A DNA stretch of 64,000 bases, taken from assembly GCA_051294905.1 (NCBI GenBank), contig CM119371.1, forward strand, positions 27,840,001 to 27,904,000, in the 5' to 3' direction. Position numbers and translations under genes: made by a program. This DNA comes from Botryllus schlosseri. Taxonomy: Eukaryota. This document shows, one piece after another, positions 12,680 through 24,834 of this stretch. Below the pieces are notes generated by a model. That model saw only the letters and a program-made list of their open reading frames with translations. It was not told the origin of the DNA and did not search any database. The first letter of the stretch is position 1, and each line of letters begins with the position of its first letter.

Positions 12680-15413
12680 CAGTGATTCCCAAGCGCAGCC
12701 ACGAGGGCCGCATGCGGCCCTCAGATAGCCTTCTTGCGGCCCCCAAAATATATTAAGAAATCGATTTATGACAAAAAATTAAATTTATATTTATAAAATA
12801 CTCTTGCTTGGCTTGGCCTCTGTAGTTTTTAATAATAAAATTGCAGGAAAGTTGTGAGTATAGACTGCTACCTTTACGTCACTGCTGTTTGAATGCAATG
12901 TGCCCTAACTTTCCAGTTGAACGAGTAGTAGCTATAGATATAAATGGTATTGATAACTTTCAAAACCGGAGGAAAATCCTGAAAAAATGGTAAATTTTTC
13001 CCACATCGTGGTCGCTTGGTCAAAAAAGAAAATGAGACTCAACTCCCGGAAAATACAGTTTTTCTTTCACATTAACAGGTGGTTGACTGAAAAAAAGGTC
13101 AAATTTCCGGTCTAGCTCCCGAAATAGACGCCGTAGCGTTCCTACAGTGCTGACCTAATGTATATCAGTCGAATTTGGCCCTATATGTAACCAAAATCCT
13201 CAAAAAAGAAGACATTTGGGCGTCCTCCGAAAAAGAGGACAAATCATCTTAACAGAGGACGTATGGTAACCCTATGGTAACTAGATGTACAACACGTGAC
13301 TCACGGTTGAATGCGCCGAGATGCATACTGCTTAGCCGGCTAAAAGCAGCATAATTGGTAGTCCTAGAGACAGGGCCGTAACTGCCGCACTCCAAACCCC
13401 CCAATTGAGGGGGCCGAGCTCGAAGGGGGCCCAAAATTATTTCGTGAATTAGCGTAGAGTATTTTTTGAAAATTTATGCAACTTTTTCAAAAAATTTTCG
13501 CGCCGTGCGCGATTCGAATTCGCCGCATATCTTGATTATGGGGTACTCTTCCCCAAGAAAAAATACGCAAGATTTATAGAAATGGGCATATCAGCTTTGG
13601 CCATGACCGCACCACAACGCACCAAGACATATAAAGTTTTAGGCCATGTAACATGTGACTCCAAGAAGTGTGTCAGAACGATCGGCAGCTAGAAAGCCTT
13701 GGCCGTAAAGGACTGCTTTTATGCTGACCAAAAACTTCGAAATACCAAAAACTTCGTTATATATACAAAATACATATACGTTTAATTGTCCATATGGGCG
13801 CCTTAAGGACTGGCGCCGAATGTTCTTGTCTTGGCAATCTGAACCTCACAAGACAAATACCATCCCGCAGGAAAGAAAATTATATGCCAGTGAAGAAATA
13901 CCAATCTGAAATCGCGTGATCTTTCAGTTTAGTAGGTTTGGGCAATTCTACATTTTTTATATAGAAGACAGGAGGTCACGAAATAACATCATGTAAAGAA
14001 GTCATACCTAGGGGTCCGCCCGCCTGAAGATGTTCAATTTTACGGGGTCTGCAGTTTCAAAGACACCTCTCACTCAGCTCTACCGGTAAATCTGATTACG
14101 TGTGCAAAGAGGACAACCATGCAATTCCCGATCTTATTCACCCATTTTATCATGAATTATCGAAATATTCGCGCCTCGTGCTGTCTCACTAAACCAGGGC
14201 TGGCCAACCTTTTCAGCTAACGGGCCACATTCGATTGGTGAATTATCGCGCGGGCCACTAGCCGCGCCAAGCGCGAAAAATTTTTGAAGTTCATAGGCCA
14301 ATAATATTGTCATTTGACTATATTGCGGACCTGTTGTACATCGCTGGGCTAATTTTGCGAGGACAGGGCTATTCGGCGCATGGACATATCGATATCGAAA
14401 GATGCGACCAACATGCATCAATCAATTCGTGCCTAGGTTTCACAGTCGACGGTCTTACTGCGAGCGCAACCGCAATGTCGCATATGTTGAACGACACTTT
14501 GTCTCGTAATCGCAAATATAGTTAGACTCAATCTGATACATTAAGTGTTCTTCCATTTTCACAAAAGGGCAACAATAATAAAAACAAGAAATCGAGTGAC
14601 AACATGTTGCACCAAGCTTGTAGAAAAATTTTACCTTTTATAAATCTACCTCAGATTATTCTGCTTTATTGTAGTGTACGAAGATATACCAATATGTGAG
14701 TGGCTGATGGATCCTTCAATGCGTCGGAACTGATATTTTAGTCATCACATCTCAGGTGTTGCGGCCAGAATAATCAAATAATTGGTTGGTCTTGCAAGTT
14801 CACAATCTGTGCAATCCATTTTTGATGATATTAGAAATTTCGGAAATTACCTCGCGGGCCACTCAAAACCTTCTCGCGGGCCATATGTGGCCCGCGGGCC
14901 ACGGGTTGGCCGGCCCTGCACTAAACAGTACAACTTTAATTTCATGGCAAAAGCGAACAACGTGATGCGGGGTCAGTTTATCACCCTATGGGAGCCCGGG
15001 ATCCTGACGAAGTGCTGTTACGTTCCTGCCAACGGGTATACCCACGGAGATGTTTAATTACTATTGAGGGGGCCTATACCTTTTCAAACGCACCTCACAG
15101 ACAGGATGAAAATTGATAGCAATACATGCAATTCCCGATCATATTGACCGATTCAGTCATGAAACTAAAGAAATTTCTCGCGCTTCGCGCGTTTAGGCGA
15201 GAAAAACTGATTCACTCAACGGACACCCAATGCAGCAGATGAGTAGCGGTAAACGGTGTACAGCTTTGAAATCTCGCCAGGGCAATAAAACTACTCCGAA
15301 ATAGCCATGATGACTGTTTGGGTCCGTTTCATAGCCGTATTATTCGTGCGGCCCCGACCGTACTCTGAAATTCTAAATTTGGCCCTCACACCGAAAAAGT
15401 TTGGGAACCACTG
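12680..15413 (+). mobile_element. Composite non-autonomous hAT element, copy L
   Basis: TIRs cagtgattccca / tgggaaccactg; 8-bp TSD ctttacag (12672-12679, 15414-15421); reverse complement of 15638-17619 plus a 724-bp insertion. Confidence 0.92.
14195..14918. mobile_element. hAT MITE nested in copy L
   Basis: TIRs cagggctggccaacc / ggttggccggccctg; TSD cactaaac (14187-14194, 14919-14926); empty site in copy R at 16125-16132. Confidence 0.93.
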
Positions 15414-15505
15414 CTTTACAGTGTATACCTGCATTCACAGTGACACTTCAATTTACCAATGAGATTACCCACATAATCTTTATTCCATTCTTATATATAA
15501 TCAAT

Positions 15506-17918
15506 TAGGGTTGCATTTAAAACAAATGGTCGTTTAAAGCACTTTGTTTAAGACATGTTTTAAACTGTTTTTTAAACAAAGGCCTTTTGAAAAAAAATGT
15601 TTTTCAACTTGTAAAATCATGCCATAATTGTGTAAATCAGTGGTTCCCAAACTTTTTCGGTGTGAGGGCCAAATTTAGAATTTCAGAGTACGGTCGGGGC
15701 TGCACGAATACTACGGCTATGAAACGGACCCAAACAGTCATCATGGCTATTTCGGAGTAGTTTTATTGCCCTGGCGAGATTTCAAAACTGTACCCTGTTT
15801 ACCGCTACTCATCTGCTGCATTGGGTGTCCGTTGAGTGAATCAGTTTTTCTCGCCTAAACGCGCGAAGCGCGAGAAATTTCTTTAGTTTCATGACTGAAT
15901 CGGTCAATATGATCGGGAATTTCATGTATTGCTATCAATTTTCACCCTGTCTGTGAGGTGTGTTTGAAAAGGTATAGGCCCCCTCAATAGCAATTAAACA
16001 TCTCCGGGGGTATACCCGTTGGCAGGAACGTAACAGCACTTCGTCAGGACCCCGGGCTCCCATAGGGTGATAAACTGACCCCGCATCACGTTGTTCGCTT
16101 TTGCCACAAAATTAAAGTTGTACTGTTTAGTGAGACAGCGCGAGGCGCGAATATTTCGATAATTCATGATAAAATGGGTGAATAAGATCGGGAATTGCAT
16201 GGTTGTCCTCTTTGCCCACGTAATCAGATTTACCGGTAGAGCTGAGTGAGAGGTGTCTTTGAAACTGCAGACCCCGTAAAATTAAACATCTTCAGGCGGG
16301 CGGACCCCTAGGTATAACTTCTTTACATGATGTTATTTCGTGACCTCCTGTCTGCTATATCAAAAAATGTAGAATTGCCCAAACCTACTAAACTGAAAGA
16401 TCACGCGATTTCAGATTGGTATTTCTTCACTGGCATATAATTTTCTTTCCTGCGGGATGGTATTTGTCTTGTGAAGTTCAGATTGCCAAGACAAGAACAT
16501 TCGGCGCCAGTCCTTAAGGCGCCTATATGGACAATTAAACGTATATGTATTTTGTATATATAACGAAGTTTTTGGTATTTCGAAGTTTTTGGTCAGCATA
16601 AAAGCAGTCCTTTACGGCCAAGGCTTTCTAGCTGCCGATCGTTCTGACACACTTCTTGGAGTCACATGTTACATGGCCTAAAACTTTATATGTCTTGGTG
16701 CGTTGTGGTGCGGTCATGGCCAAAGCTGATATGCCCATTTCTATAAATCTTGCGTATTTTTCTTGGGGAAGAGTACCCAATAATCAAGATATGCGGCGAA
16801 TTCGAATCGCGCACGGCGCGAAAAAATTTTGAAAAAGTTGCATAAATTTTCAAAAAATACTCTACGCTAATTCACGAAATAATTTTTGGCCCCCTTCGAG
16901 CTCGGCCCCCTCAATTGGGGGGTTTGGAGTGCGGCAGTTACGGCCCTGTCTCTAGGACTACCAATTATGCTGCTTTTAGCCGGCTAAGCAGTATGCATCT
17001 CGGCGCATTCAACCGTGAGTCACGTGTTGTACATCTAGTTACCATAGGGTTACCATACGTCCTCTTTTAAGATGATTTGTCCTCTTTTTCGGAGGACGCC
17101 CAAATGTCTTCTTTTTTGAGAATTTTGGTTACATATAGGGCCAAATTCGACTGATATACATTAGGTCAGCACTGTAGGAACGCTACGGCGGCTATTTCGG
17201 GAGCTAGACCGGAAATTTGACCTTTTTTCAGTCAACCACCTGTTAAAGTGAAAGAAAAACTGTATTTTTCGGGAGTTGAGTCTCATTTTCTTTTTTGACC
17301 AAGCGACCACGATGCGGGAAAAATTTACCATTTTTTCAGGATTTTCCTCAGGTTTTGAAAGTTATCAATACCATTTATATCTATAGCTACTGCTCGTTCA
17401 ACTGGAAAGTTAGGGCACATTGCATTGAAACAGCAGTGACGTAACGGTAGCAGTCTATACTCACAACTTTCCTGCAATTTTATAATTAAAAACTACAGAG
17501 GCCAAGCCAAGCAAGAGTATTTTATAAATATAAATTTAATTTTTTGTCATAAATCGATTTCTTAATATATTTTAGGGGCCGCAATAAGGCTATCTGAGGG
17601 CCGCGCTTGGGAATCACTGGTGTAAATACTTCACAAAAATACATGTTGTATGAGCCTACGGACAACTGTCACCCGCTATAGCCGACGTATACGATATGGG
17701 CGAGTTGCAACCCTCAAAATATTCGGTTCAACAGCTATAGTACGTAGTTATGTCGTCAAAGGAGTTATAATTAACCTGCATTTTAAATTTTCAATGTCAA
17801 TCCAGTATGGCGTCGCAATTAAATATTCGTGACGTCATTGCTTAAAAAAGCAATAAAAAAGACACTAAAAACATGTTTTAAACAAGGGCAATTGATTTTT
17901 GTTTCAAATGAAACCCTA
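15506..17918. mobile_element. hAT-like MITE hosting copy R
   Basis: TIRs tagggttgcatttaaaacaaa / tttgtttcaaatgaaacccta; TSD taatcaat (15498-15505, 17919-17926). Confidence 0.85.
15638..17619 (-). mobile_element. Composite non-autonomous hAT element, copy R (inverted)
   Basis: TIRs cagtggttccca / tgggaatcactg; its own 8-bp TSD gtgtaaat (15630-15637, 17620-17627). Confidence 0.92.
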
Positions 17919-19279
17919 TAATCAATAATCATGTTTGTTGAGAATATCTCTTCCATATTCATGGTCGGGTTTAGTGATATGAATTTCAGTCAATGCAAGT
18001 GCTACTCCGATTGTAGGTACACGGGAATCCGCGCGTGAAGGGTTTGCGCTGTCAAACATGGGCTTAATTTCTGTACACAACCTAATACTGTCGAAAGAGA
18101 GGAGAAATAAATCCAGGGGCTGGGGAATTTCTAAAAACTAAAATTTACCTTAATTTTAAATACGACGACGTGAATCTAATATTGAGACTTCATTTAATGC
18201 TGCCTTTTTGATACCAAATATTTATACGTGGTTCTATTGAAGTTTTTGCAGTAGGAAGTTCGCAAAGTCCTGTTCAAGATAACTAACTTGATTGTGATTG
18301 TTCGGTGTTCTTTGAAAGAAATGTGAATTGGCTATTTGCTACAGGCTCTATTACACTGCCAAGAGTTGCTAAATTCAGGTTTGTTTATGAGTTCCCGTAG
18401 CCTTCACATGTAACTTGTCCCAAGCGAATTGTGGGTTACATTTTGACAGTTTCTTAAAACACATGTACCATCGTGACGGACGCCTAAAGCAGACAATGAA
18501 CTCTCTATTGCGACTCCGGGCAAAAAATACGTTCGATATACTTCTAAATAAATTCAAAATTTAATGTGTATTTCCCTAATCAATTTACAAGCACCCAACA
18601 TATTGGATAATCTAATTGAGATATAAAATTCTAATATATCTGGCGGACCGGCAGGATACTTGTCACGGACCGGCGGTTGAGATCCACTATGAGTTACTAA
18701 TGCAAAACCAGGCGTTAGCGAACTCACCGGTAGATCATCGTTTATGACTGATCTAGTAATCTACAACCTGAACGAGTATCGTTGTATCATAGCAGTCTAC
18801 GCTTACTTTGGCCTAACATGAACAGAACAAAACAACACTCCAAGATATAAAGGAACAATGAAGCCTGTAGCTGCATTCACAGTTACTGTAACTGAATCTT
18901 ATTGTTCAAAAGGAACGTGGCACTAAGGAAATAATGACTATGTTAAGTAATAAACGTGTTGAGTAATCATATCATTGCACAGTATATTGAGATAGATGGC
19001 AGAAAGGAAGCTGGTATATGAATGAACGAGAAGACAGTGCTAATAGAAAATGAATAATAATCGTCAGACAATCTATATTGAGATGTAATGAACAAACAGG
19101 ATCATGCCGAACGACCAGTGGCGGTTTCTTAAACTGAAATCCACCTCGGCCAAGTGCACGATGTTCCCCGTTCCTTTTTCGATGTTATAGTGTCTACTTC
19201 GTGGCTATTTCTTGCACTGTCCATTCACTGTAGGTGCGTCCGTTCATCGAGTCTTTTTCTCTGCTCTTTTGTCGCCGCA

Positions 19280-19388
19280 ATAACAGCGACGCATGGAAGA
19301 GGAGCCCAGAATAACCTCCGACGTGGAATCGAGCCCGGGCCGCCAGGGCGGTAGGCGCTTATTGTCACCAATACGCTATCTCTCCCGC
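19280..19388 (-). mobile_element. tRNA-derived SINE head (family 3)
   Basis: Minus strand gcgggagagatagcgtattgg...gggctcgattcc (A/B boxes) followed by the ggaggttattctgggctcctc core. Confidence 0.6.
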
Positions 19389-19451
19389 ATACCTTAGTGA
19401 TTCGATTCTGATTCGCCCATTAGATTTCGAGTCGAGTCGAATATTCTAGTA

Positions 19452-20580
19452 CAGTGGTTCTCAACCGGGGGTCCGAAGCCTCAAACTAGTTGTACGATAA
19501 TTCGTATGTTTTTTTAATTCGGAAAATCACGAAGCAGTTTCGCTTCATTACTAGTAAAACTCCGGAGCTCACATCAACAGAATGGCAGTCTAAGACGCAA
19601 TATCCTACTGTGGAGACTCATTTTAATTGCTAAATTGCCGACAGCCGACGGATACGAACATTTTCTTATTTAGAAATGTTTTGTTGTGGATTGTCGAAAA
19701 AAAGTTGGATGAGTATAAGGTCAATCATGGTGACTTCGAAATGTGTACAAAAATCAATTTTCTCTTGTGATAATGCCATTTTCCATAATAACTTCAAGGT
19801 AAGCTACTAGATAGCAATGACCAGGCTTGACATTATATATTGTGTTCACTAAAAACGCGTTTGTTAATTTTGGTGCCATATTTGTTGCGATCATACCCAA
19901 AAGTGTCGTCGGAAGTAGGACCGAAACAGTACTTCGTCAGCCCCCCTAAAAAACTTAAACGTTGGTTGTGGGCCCCCATATGGTGATAAACCAAACCTCA
20001 GATGGCTTCGCCCCCAGATCCACCATTACGCTGTACGTTTTTATTTAATCAGCGAGATGTGTCCTGTTTAGTGAGGCAGCTTATTCCGCCTAATTGCGCG
20101 AAGCGCGAAAATTTTCTATAAATCATGATTCAATCGGTAAATAGGATCAGGAATTACATATATATTGCTATCAAACTTTCTCCTCTCCTCTCTGCTCACG
20201 TAATCAGATTTACGGTCCTGGTCGGAAGCGATAAGCGTTATTAGAACATTCGCCCCACCTGTATTTGTGGAAATGGATTTTCGGCACTCGGTAATGTCCC
20301 AACCGAAGGCGCGGATTTTCAATACACGACCACGTATTTCAAGAAATGCAATTGAAGTGATTGAAGTCAACTCAATTTCTACATGTATAGTATGATCTTA
20401 TTTTCAAGAAAAGACATTTTGTTGATGTTTATCACTAAGCCTATACAGTTATGATTTTCACAACACAGATGACGATTGCACGATAATTGAGCTAAATTCG
20501 AACTAAAACTTTGTGGGGGTCCGCGGGGTCCGTGACGGTCCGAAAGGGGTCCGCGAAGACAAAAAGGTTGAGAACCACTG
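19452..20580. mobile_element. hAT non-autonomous element
   Basis: Perfect TIR cagtggttctcaacc; TSD ttctagta (19444-19451, 20581-20588). Confidence 0.9.
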
Positions 20581-21892
20581 TTCTAGTATCACTCAATATG
20601 AGGTTACAAGAGCAACCACAAATACAATGCCACTTCCGCACTTGGAGATTTTTGGCTTTATCTATTTCATTGCAGTTTGTGACGCAGTGCTGTGGATGGA
20701 TACGAATGTGCACGGCTTCACAGAAATGTTCGCCCCCTACTGTCCCTAGATTTGTACTGTATGTATTGAAAGTTGTAATAAGACGCATCGCCACAAATGT
20801 CAGTATATAGTCTCTTATAACGGGGTGTTCGTGAATAGACTTCCGATATCAAAAGAGCCGACGAACATAATGTAGTTTTGCACGTCGGCGGTTTTCATCT
20901 CGCTCAAATGGACGGTTTGGGGTGCGGCTGTTTCGATCCTGATACTTCATTTGCCATATATACGTGTCATCACGGAATTGCCTCACAAAGGATTGGTGAT
21001 ACGATAGTGCTACGCAAGTATATACCGTGTATTTTAGACGGAGCGAGGTGGCAAGCAGACAGACAACATTCTTGATTTGTAATCGTAGTCTCTTAGGACG
21101 ATTACAGCATTTTCCAGTAATCGTAACCAATTAATTAGCATGGACTACTTTGTATAGGGACGATTACTCGCATTTTCGGTTCTGCAGGGACTATTGACCA
21201 TAACCTAAACCGAGTTTTATTAGGTCTGTGGCATAAAATGAAATAGTCCCTTTGTCAGGCCTCTCCAAACCGCCGGACTTGGTCCGCCATATGGTATTCA
21301 CCCAAACTTCTGGGGAGCATTGTCCCCCTTGACCACCCTATCTTATACGTATTACTTTGATCAATGTATACATACCATTCACATTACTCAATTATCGTGG
21401 AACCGTCTTGTGCAAATAATAACTGTAGGCTAGTGATAAACAGCAAAAATGAGTTTCCTTGAAAATACCACTATACTATTGTTGTTCTCGAATAGTGGAT
21501 ATGTATGTCACAGGAAAAATGAATGTTTACAATCGTTTCGAAGTCACACTGATTGACCTTCCCATTCTAGCTTTTCCACAAACCCCAACAAAACATCTTT
21601 AAACAGCAACATGTTTGTATCAGTAGGCTATTTGCAATTTGGCAATTACAATGAGTTTGCAAAGTAGGATATTTCATTTGATACGGTCATTCTATTGATG
21701 TGAGTCATGAGGTTTTAGCAGTAATGAAGCAAATCACCTCATTATTTCCCTAATTTGTCAACTATTTTACAAAGTTAGAGGTTTTTCGGACCCCCTGAAA
21801 GTGCTTCGCGGACCCCGGTCGATAAAAACGGCGTTGTGTTGACCATGGCTTGCTAATTGCTAGTGTAAGGGCGAGGTGAATTCAGTTTCATT

Positions 21893-22362
21893 ATAGATTA
21901 CTAACCTACGGATAGATACGCAACTCCCGCAAAACGCGTCGTTTCGCTCGGGCAATCAGTTACCCTTAATCCTGGGCAATCTAAAAGCAGCATAATTGCT
22001 TGAGCTATAACTGGCGACCAGAGCGCTGAAAATTAATAAAACTAGTCTTAATCGAAAGCTAGTGTGGCACTGATTCCGACAATATAAATTAAAATTTTGT
22101 CAGAGCAATGGAACCACCTCAAAACGGTCCCCAAAGTTTGAAAATTGGCATTGATTCGAACAATCGCTTGACGAAATTGGCCATCGTTATGGTCATTTCA
22201 CTAGCCTTCGATTAAGACCAATTATATCAAATTTCAGCGCTCTGGTCGCCGGCTACAGCACTACCAATTACGCTGCTTTTAGATTGCTCAGCAATACGAG
22301 ACACTGCGTGCCCAAGCGTAACCACCAGGAGTTATGTATCTATCCGTAGGTTAGTAATCTAT
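21893..22362. mobile_element. MULE/foldback-like MITE
   Basis: Long imperfect TIRs starting atagattactaacctacggatagatac; 9-bp TSD agtttcatt (21884-21892, 22363-22371). Confidence 0.85.
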
Positions 22363-22549
22363 AGTTTCATTTCATCGGCGTGTCGTCTTTTGTGAGCACG
22401 CTATTATTAATGCAAAGGCCATGTCGGTGCGAAGAATGGTAATATTGAAAGCGAGGAAATAAATCTTTGCGAAAACGATCAAGATTTTGAAAGTAAAATA
22501 TTTGAAGCATTTAGAAATACAATAATGATATATATTTTCCTAAACCTAT

Positions 22550-22727
22550 ATTATGTATTCATGGCAATAGAATACCGAGCAATTGGCGAGACAGGCAAAC
22601 AAAGCTATAGGTATTTGTGCTAATAGACTAATTCATCAGTATGCTAACAGGATAAATTTTGAAGATGTCGCACTAAAGTATGGTACAGAATACGTAAATT
22701 ATGTATTCATCGCAATAGAATACCGAG
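22550..22727. repeat. Two copies of a 30-bp hairpin-forming direct repeat
   Basis: attatgtattcat(g/c)gcaatagaataccgag at 22550-22579 and 22698-22727. Confidence 0.8.
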
Positions 22728-22914
22728 AATGACGCCCAGCCAGTAAACCGACACGAACCACGCAGAAAAGAATAATCGAGATCCATGCCATTATAGACGG
22801 GATGCGAGTAATGTTATTCCCCGGATATACAAGCTTATGCAGAATAAACAGTAGCATCTATCGTCACATCAAACTGTGTTTTCTTGCCAGTCGCTTGTGT
22901 ATTGGTATTGTAAT

Positions 22915-23787
22915 TAGGGATGGTGTGAACCTCTGAAAGGTTCAGGTTCGTGTGAACGCGAACCATTTTGAAAGGTTCTGTGTGAACACGAACGTGAACC
23001 TCATGACGTCACGTGACGTCACGTGACGTCATATTGGTAATTCCAACCCTGCATTTCAGTGAAGTGATATATTAATGTACAATACGATATCTAGTGACGA
23101 CTCGGGCCTCATTATGCCACAATGCAGAAGTATCAAATATATCAACTGGAGCAATTAAATGATATAATTATCCCATAAAATCAATTTCTTCCGTCGCTTT
23201 GCCAACAATTTCGACGAAGACTTGCAAGGGAATATAAGCTTATGCCTTAAACGGTCTATAGGCCAGACCGGAATATGTATTCGGCGTCTTAGTATTGCTA
23301 CATTGATATTGAATAGAATGTAAAAAGGGTTTCTATACTTGTTACCTATTTCATCCCAATAACAAGTTATACAGGAGTGAATAAGCATCATTCGCTGACT
23401 ATAGGCCTACCTACATGTAGCCTGTAGCGTATTTCGCTCTTGATATTGTGTGATTGCGGGTCAACCTCACAGTAGAGAGTCACTAAATATTTAAAAACGG
23501 AAGACTGGATGTTTCGAGCAAACTTTTGTAAAAAATCAACTAAAATTTTTGAGATTGTAAATGTTGCATGCTCGTTTAGTGTTGATTTTTTATGCTGTCG
23601 GTGCCATGCATAGAGTGGCCCTCAGTTGAAATGTAATGAATTTTAACCAATAACGTGGAAAATTGCAATATATGAAAAAGGTTCACAGTGCAGAACCTAC
23701 CAAGGTTCGTTTGTGAACGTGAACCTCTAAATTTCTGAGGTTCACACACAGAACGCGAACGTGAACCTCACGTTCACACCATCCCTA
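22915..23787. mobile_element. TAGGGATGGTGTGAAC-family hAT MITE
   Basis: 16-bp perfect TIR; TSD attgtaat (22907-22914, 23788-23795); GTGAAC subterminal repeats. Confidence 0.92.
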
Positions 23788-24437
23788 ATTGTAATGACAC
23801 CAATAAGAACTAAATAGCAGTGAATCTGAGGATTTGAGTATACTAAGCTATTGAGGAACCGGGTGGTACGCAGCGTAGTATAAAACAAATATGTGGTACA
23901 CGATAGAAAAAGTACGAGAAACACTGTCGTAGAAGGAGAATGACAAGCACCACCCAGCTTTATCGTCAACCTTTTTTTTACTCGTGACTCCTGCATCTTG
24001 CACAAAGACATATTGATGTCTGGTTACGCTTATAAGATAAACTCAGATTGCTAAGGGATGACTATGCTAATCGCGCCGAATCTTAGGCGATTGAATATGT
24101 ACTAAACTATACTAACCGAGAGAGAAGGCAATTATACCGCAGTAGGATAATCGAACGTATGTACATACTTTAGGTTTGTTGCAAAACTCCATAGTTGCTA
24201 AACACCCTAATCTACCATATACATTCTTAGCGGCCTAAAGATTAAAGTTCCATACACTTGAAATAAAATATCAAATCATCGCAACGCAGCAGTTTCTGAG
24301 AAAGACCTATACACCCTATATGTTCCTTTGCGTTATTCGTAACGGCGGCTTATCCGTATTACGTGTATTGCAGTTGTATGTGTGTTTACAGAAGCATTAA
24401 AAGTTTTGGCATAATCCCATGTTTTTGTCCTATTATC

Positions 24438-24834
24438 TAGGGTCACCAACATACGTCCACCTTTAGGAGGATTTGTCCTCCTTTTTCGGGTTTTTGAAAA
24501 TGTCCTCCGAGGACGCCTAAATGTCCTCTTTTTTAAGATTTTGTACTCTTTTTTGTCAATTTTGGTTGAACATAGCGCAAAATGCACCATAAAATAGCAC
24601 TGAACCAACGCTCAGGCGGGTTTTCCGGGAGCTGAGCGAAAGTTTTTTTTTTGTCAACCACCTGATAAAGTGAAGGAAAAAAACAGTATTTTGGGCGCTG
24701 TGTGAGAAAGTTAACTTTGTTTTGGTCAACTGACCACGAAGTGGGGAAAATTTACCATTTTTCAGGAATTTCCACCGGTATTCTAAGTTTGAAAAAGTGT
24801 CCTCCATTCCCGATTCCAGAATATGGTAACCCAA
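24438..24834. mobile_element. TAGGGTTACCATA-family MITE
   Basis: tagggtcacc / ggtaacccaa; tattatc on both flanks; GAGGAC/GTCCTC subterminal repeats. Confidence 0.8.

Noticed and set aside
13721..16599. Duplicated 62-aa ORFs (MLTKNFEIPK...) and the related 91/68-aa ORFs
   Set aside because: They are by-products of the two inverted TE copies; no domain, and the frame is not kept in the older copy at ~60300
12680..17619. Single giant foldback element or assembly artefact
   Set aside because: Each arm has its own distinct TSD plus private substitutions and indels
18180..18340. Possible hAT transposase C-terminal trace (KTSIEPRINI.VSKRQH) on the minus strand
   Set aside because: Too short and frameshifted to support
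20660..20790. Cys-rich candidate exon (QCCGW / DGYEC) after ttcattgcag
   Set aside because: No consistent frame, donor site or neighbouring exons
22550..22727. CRISPR-like palindromic 30-bp repeat
   Set aside because: Only two units, a 118-bp spacer, eukaryotic context and no cas genes
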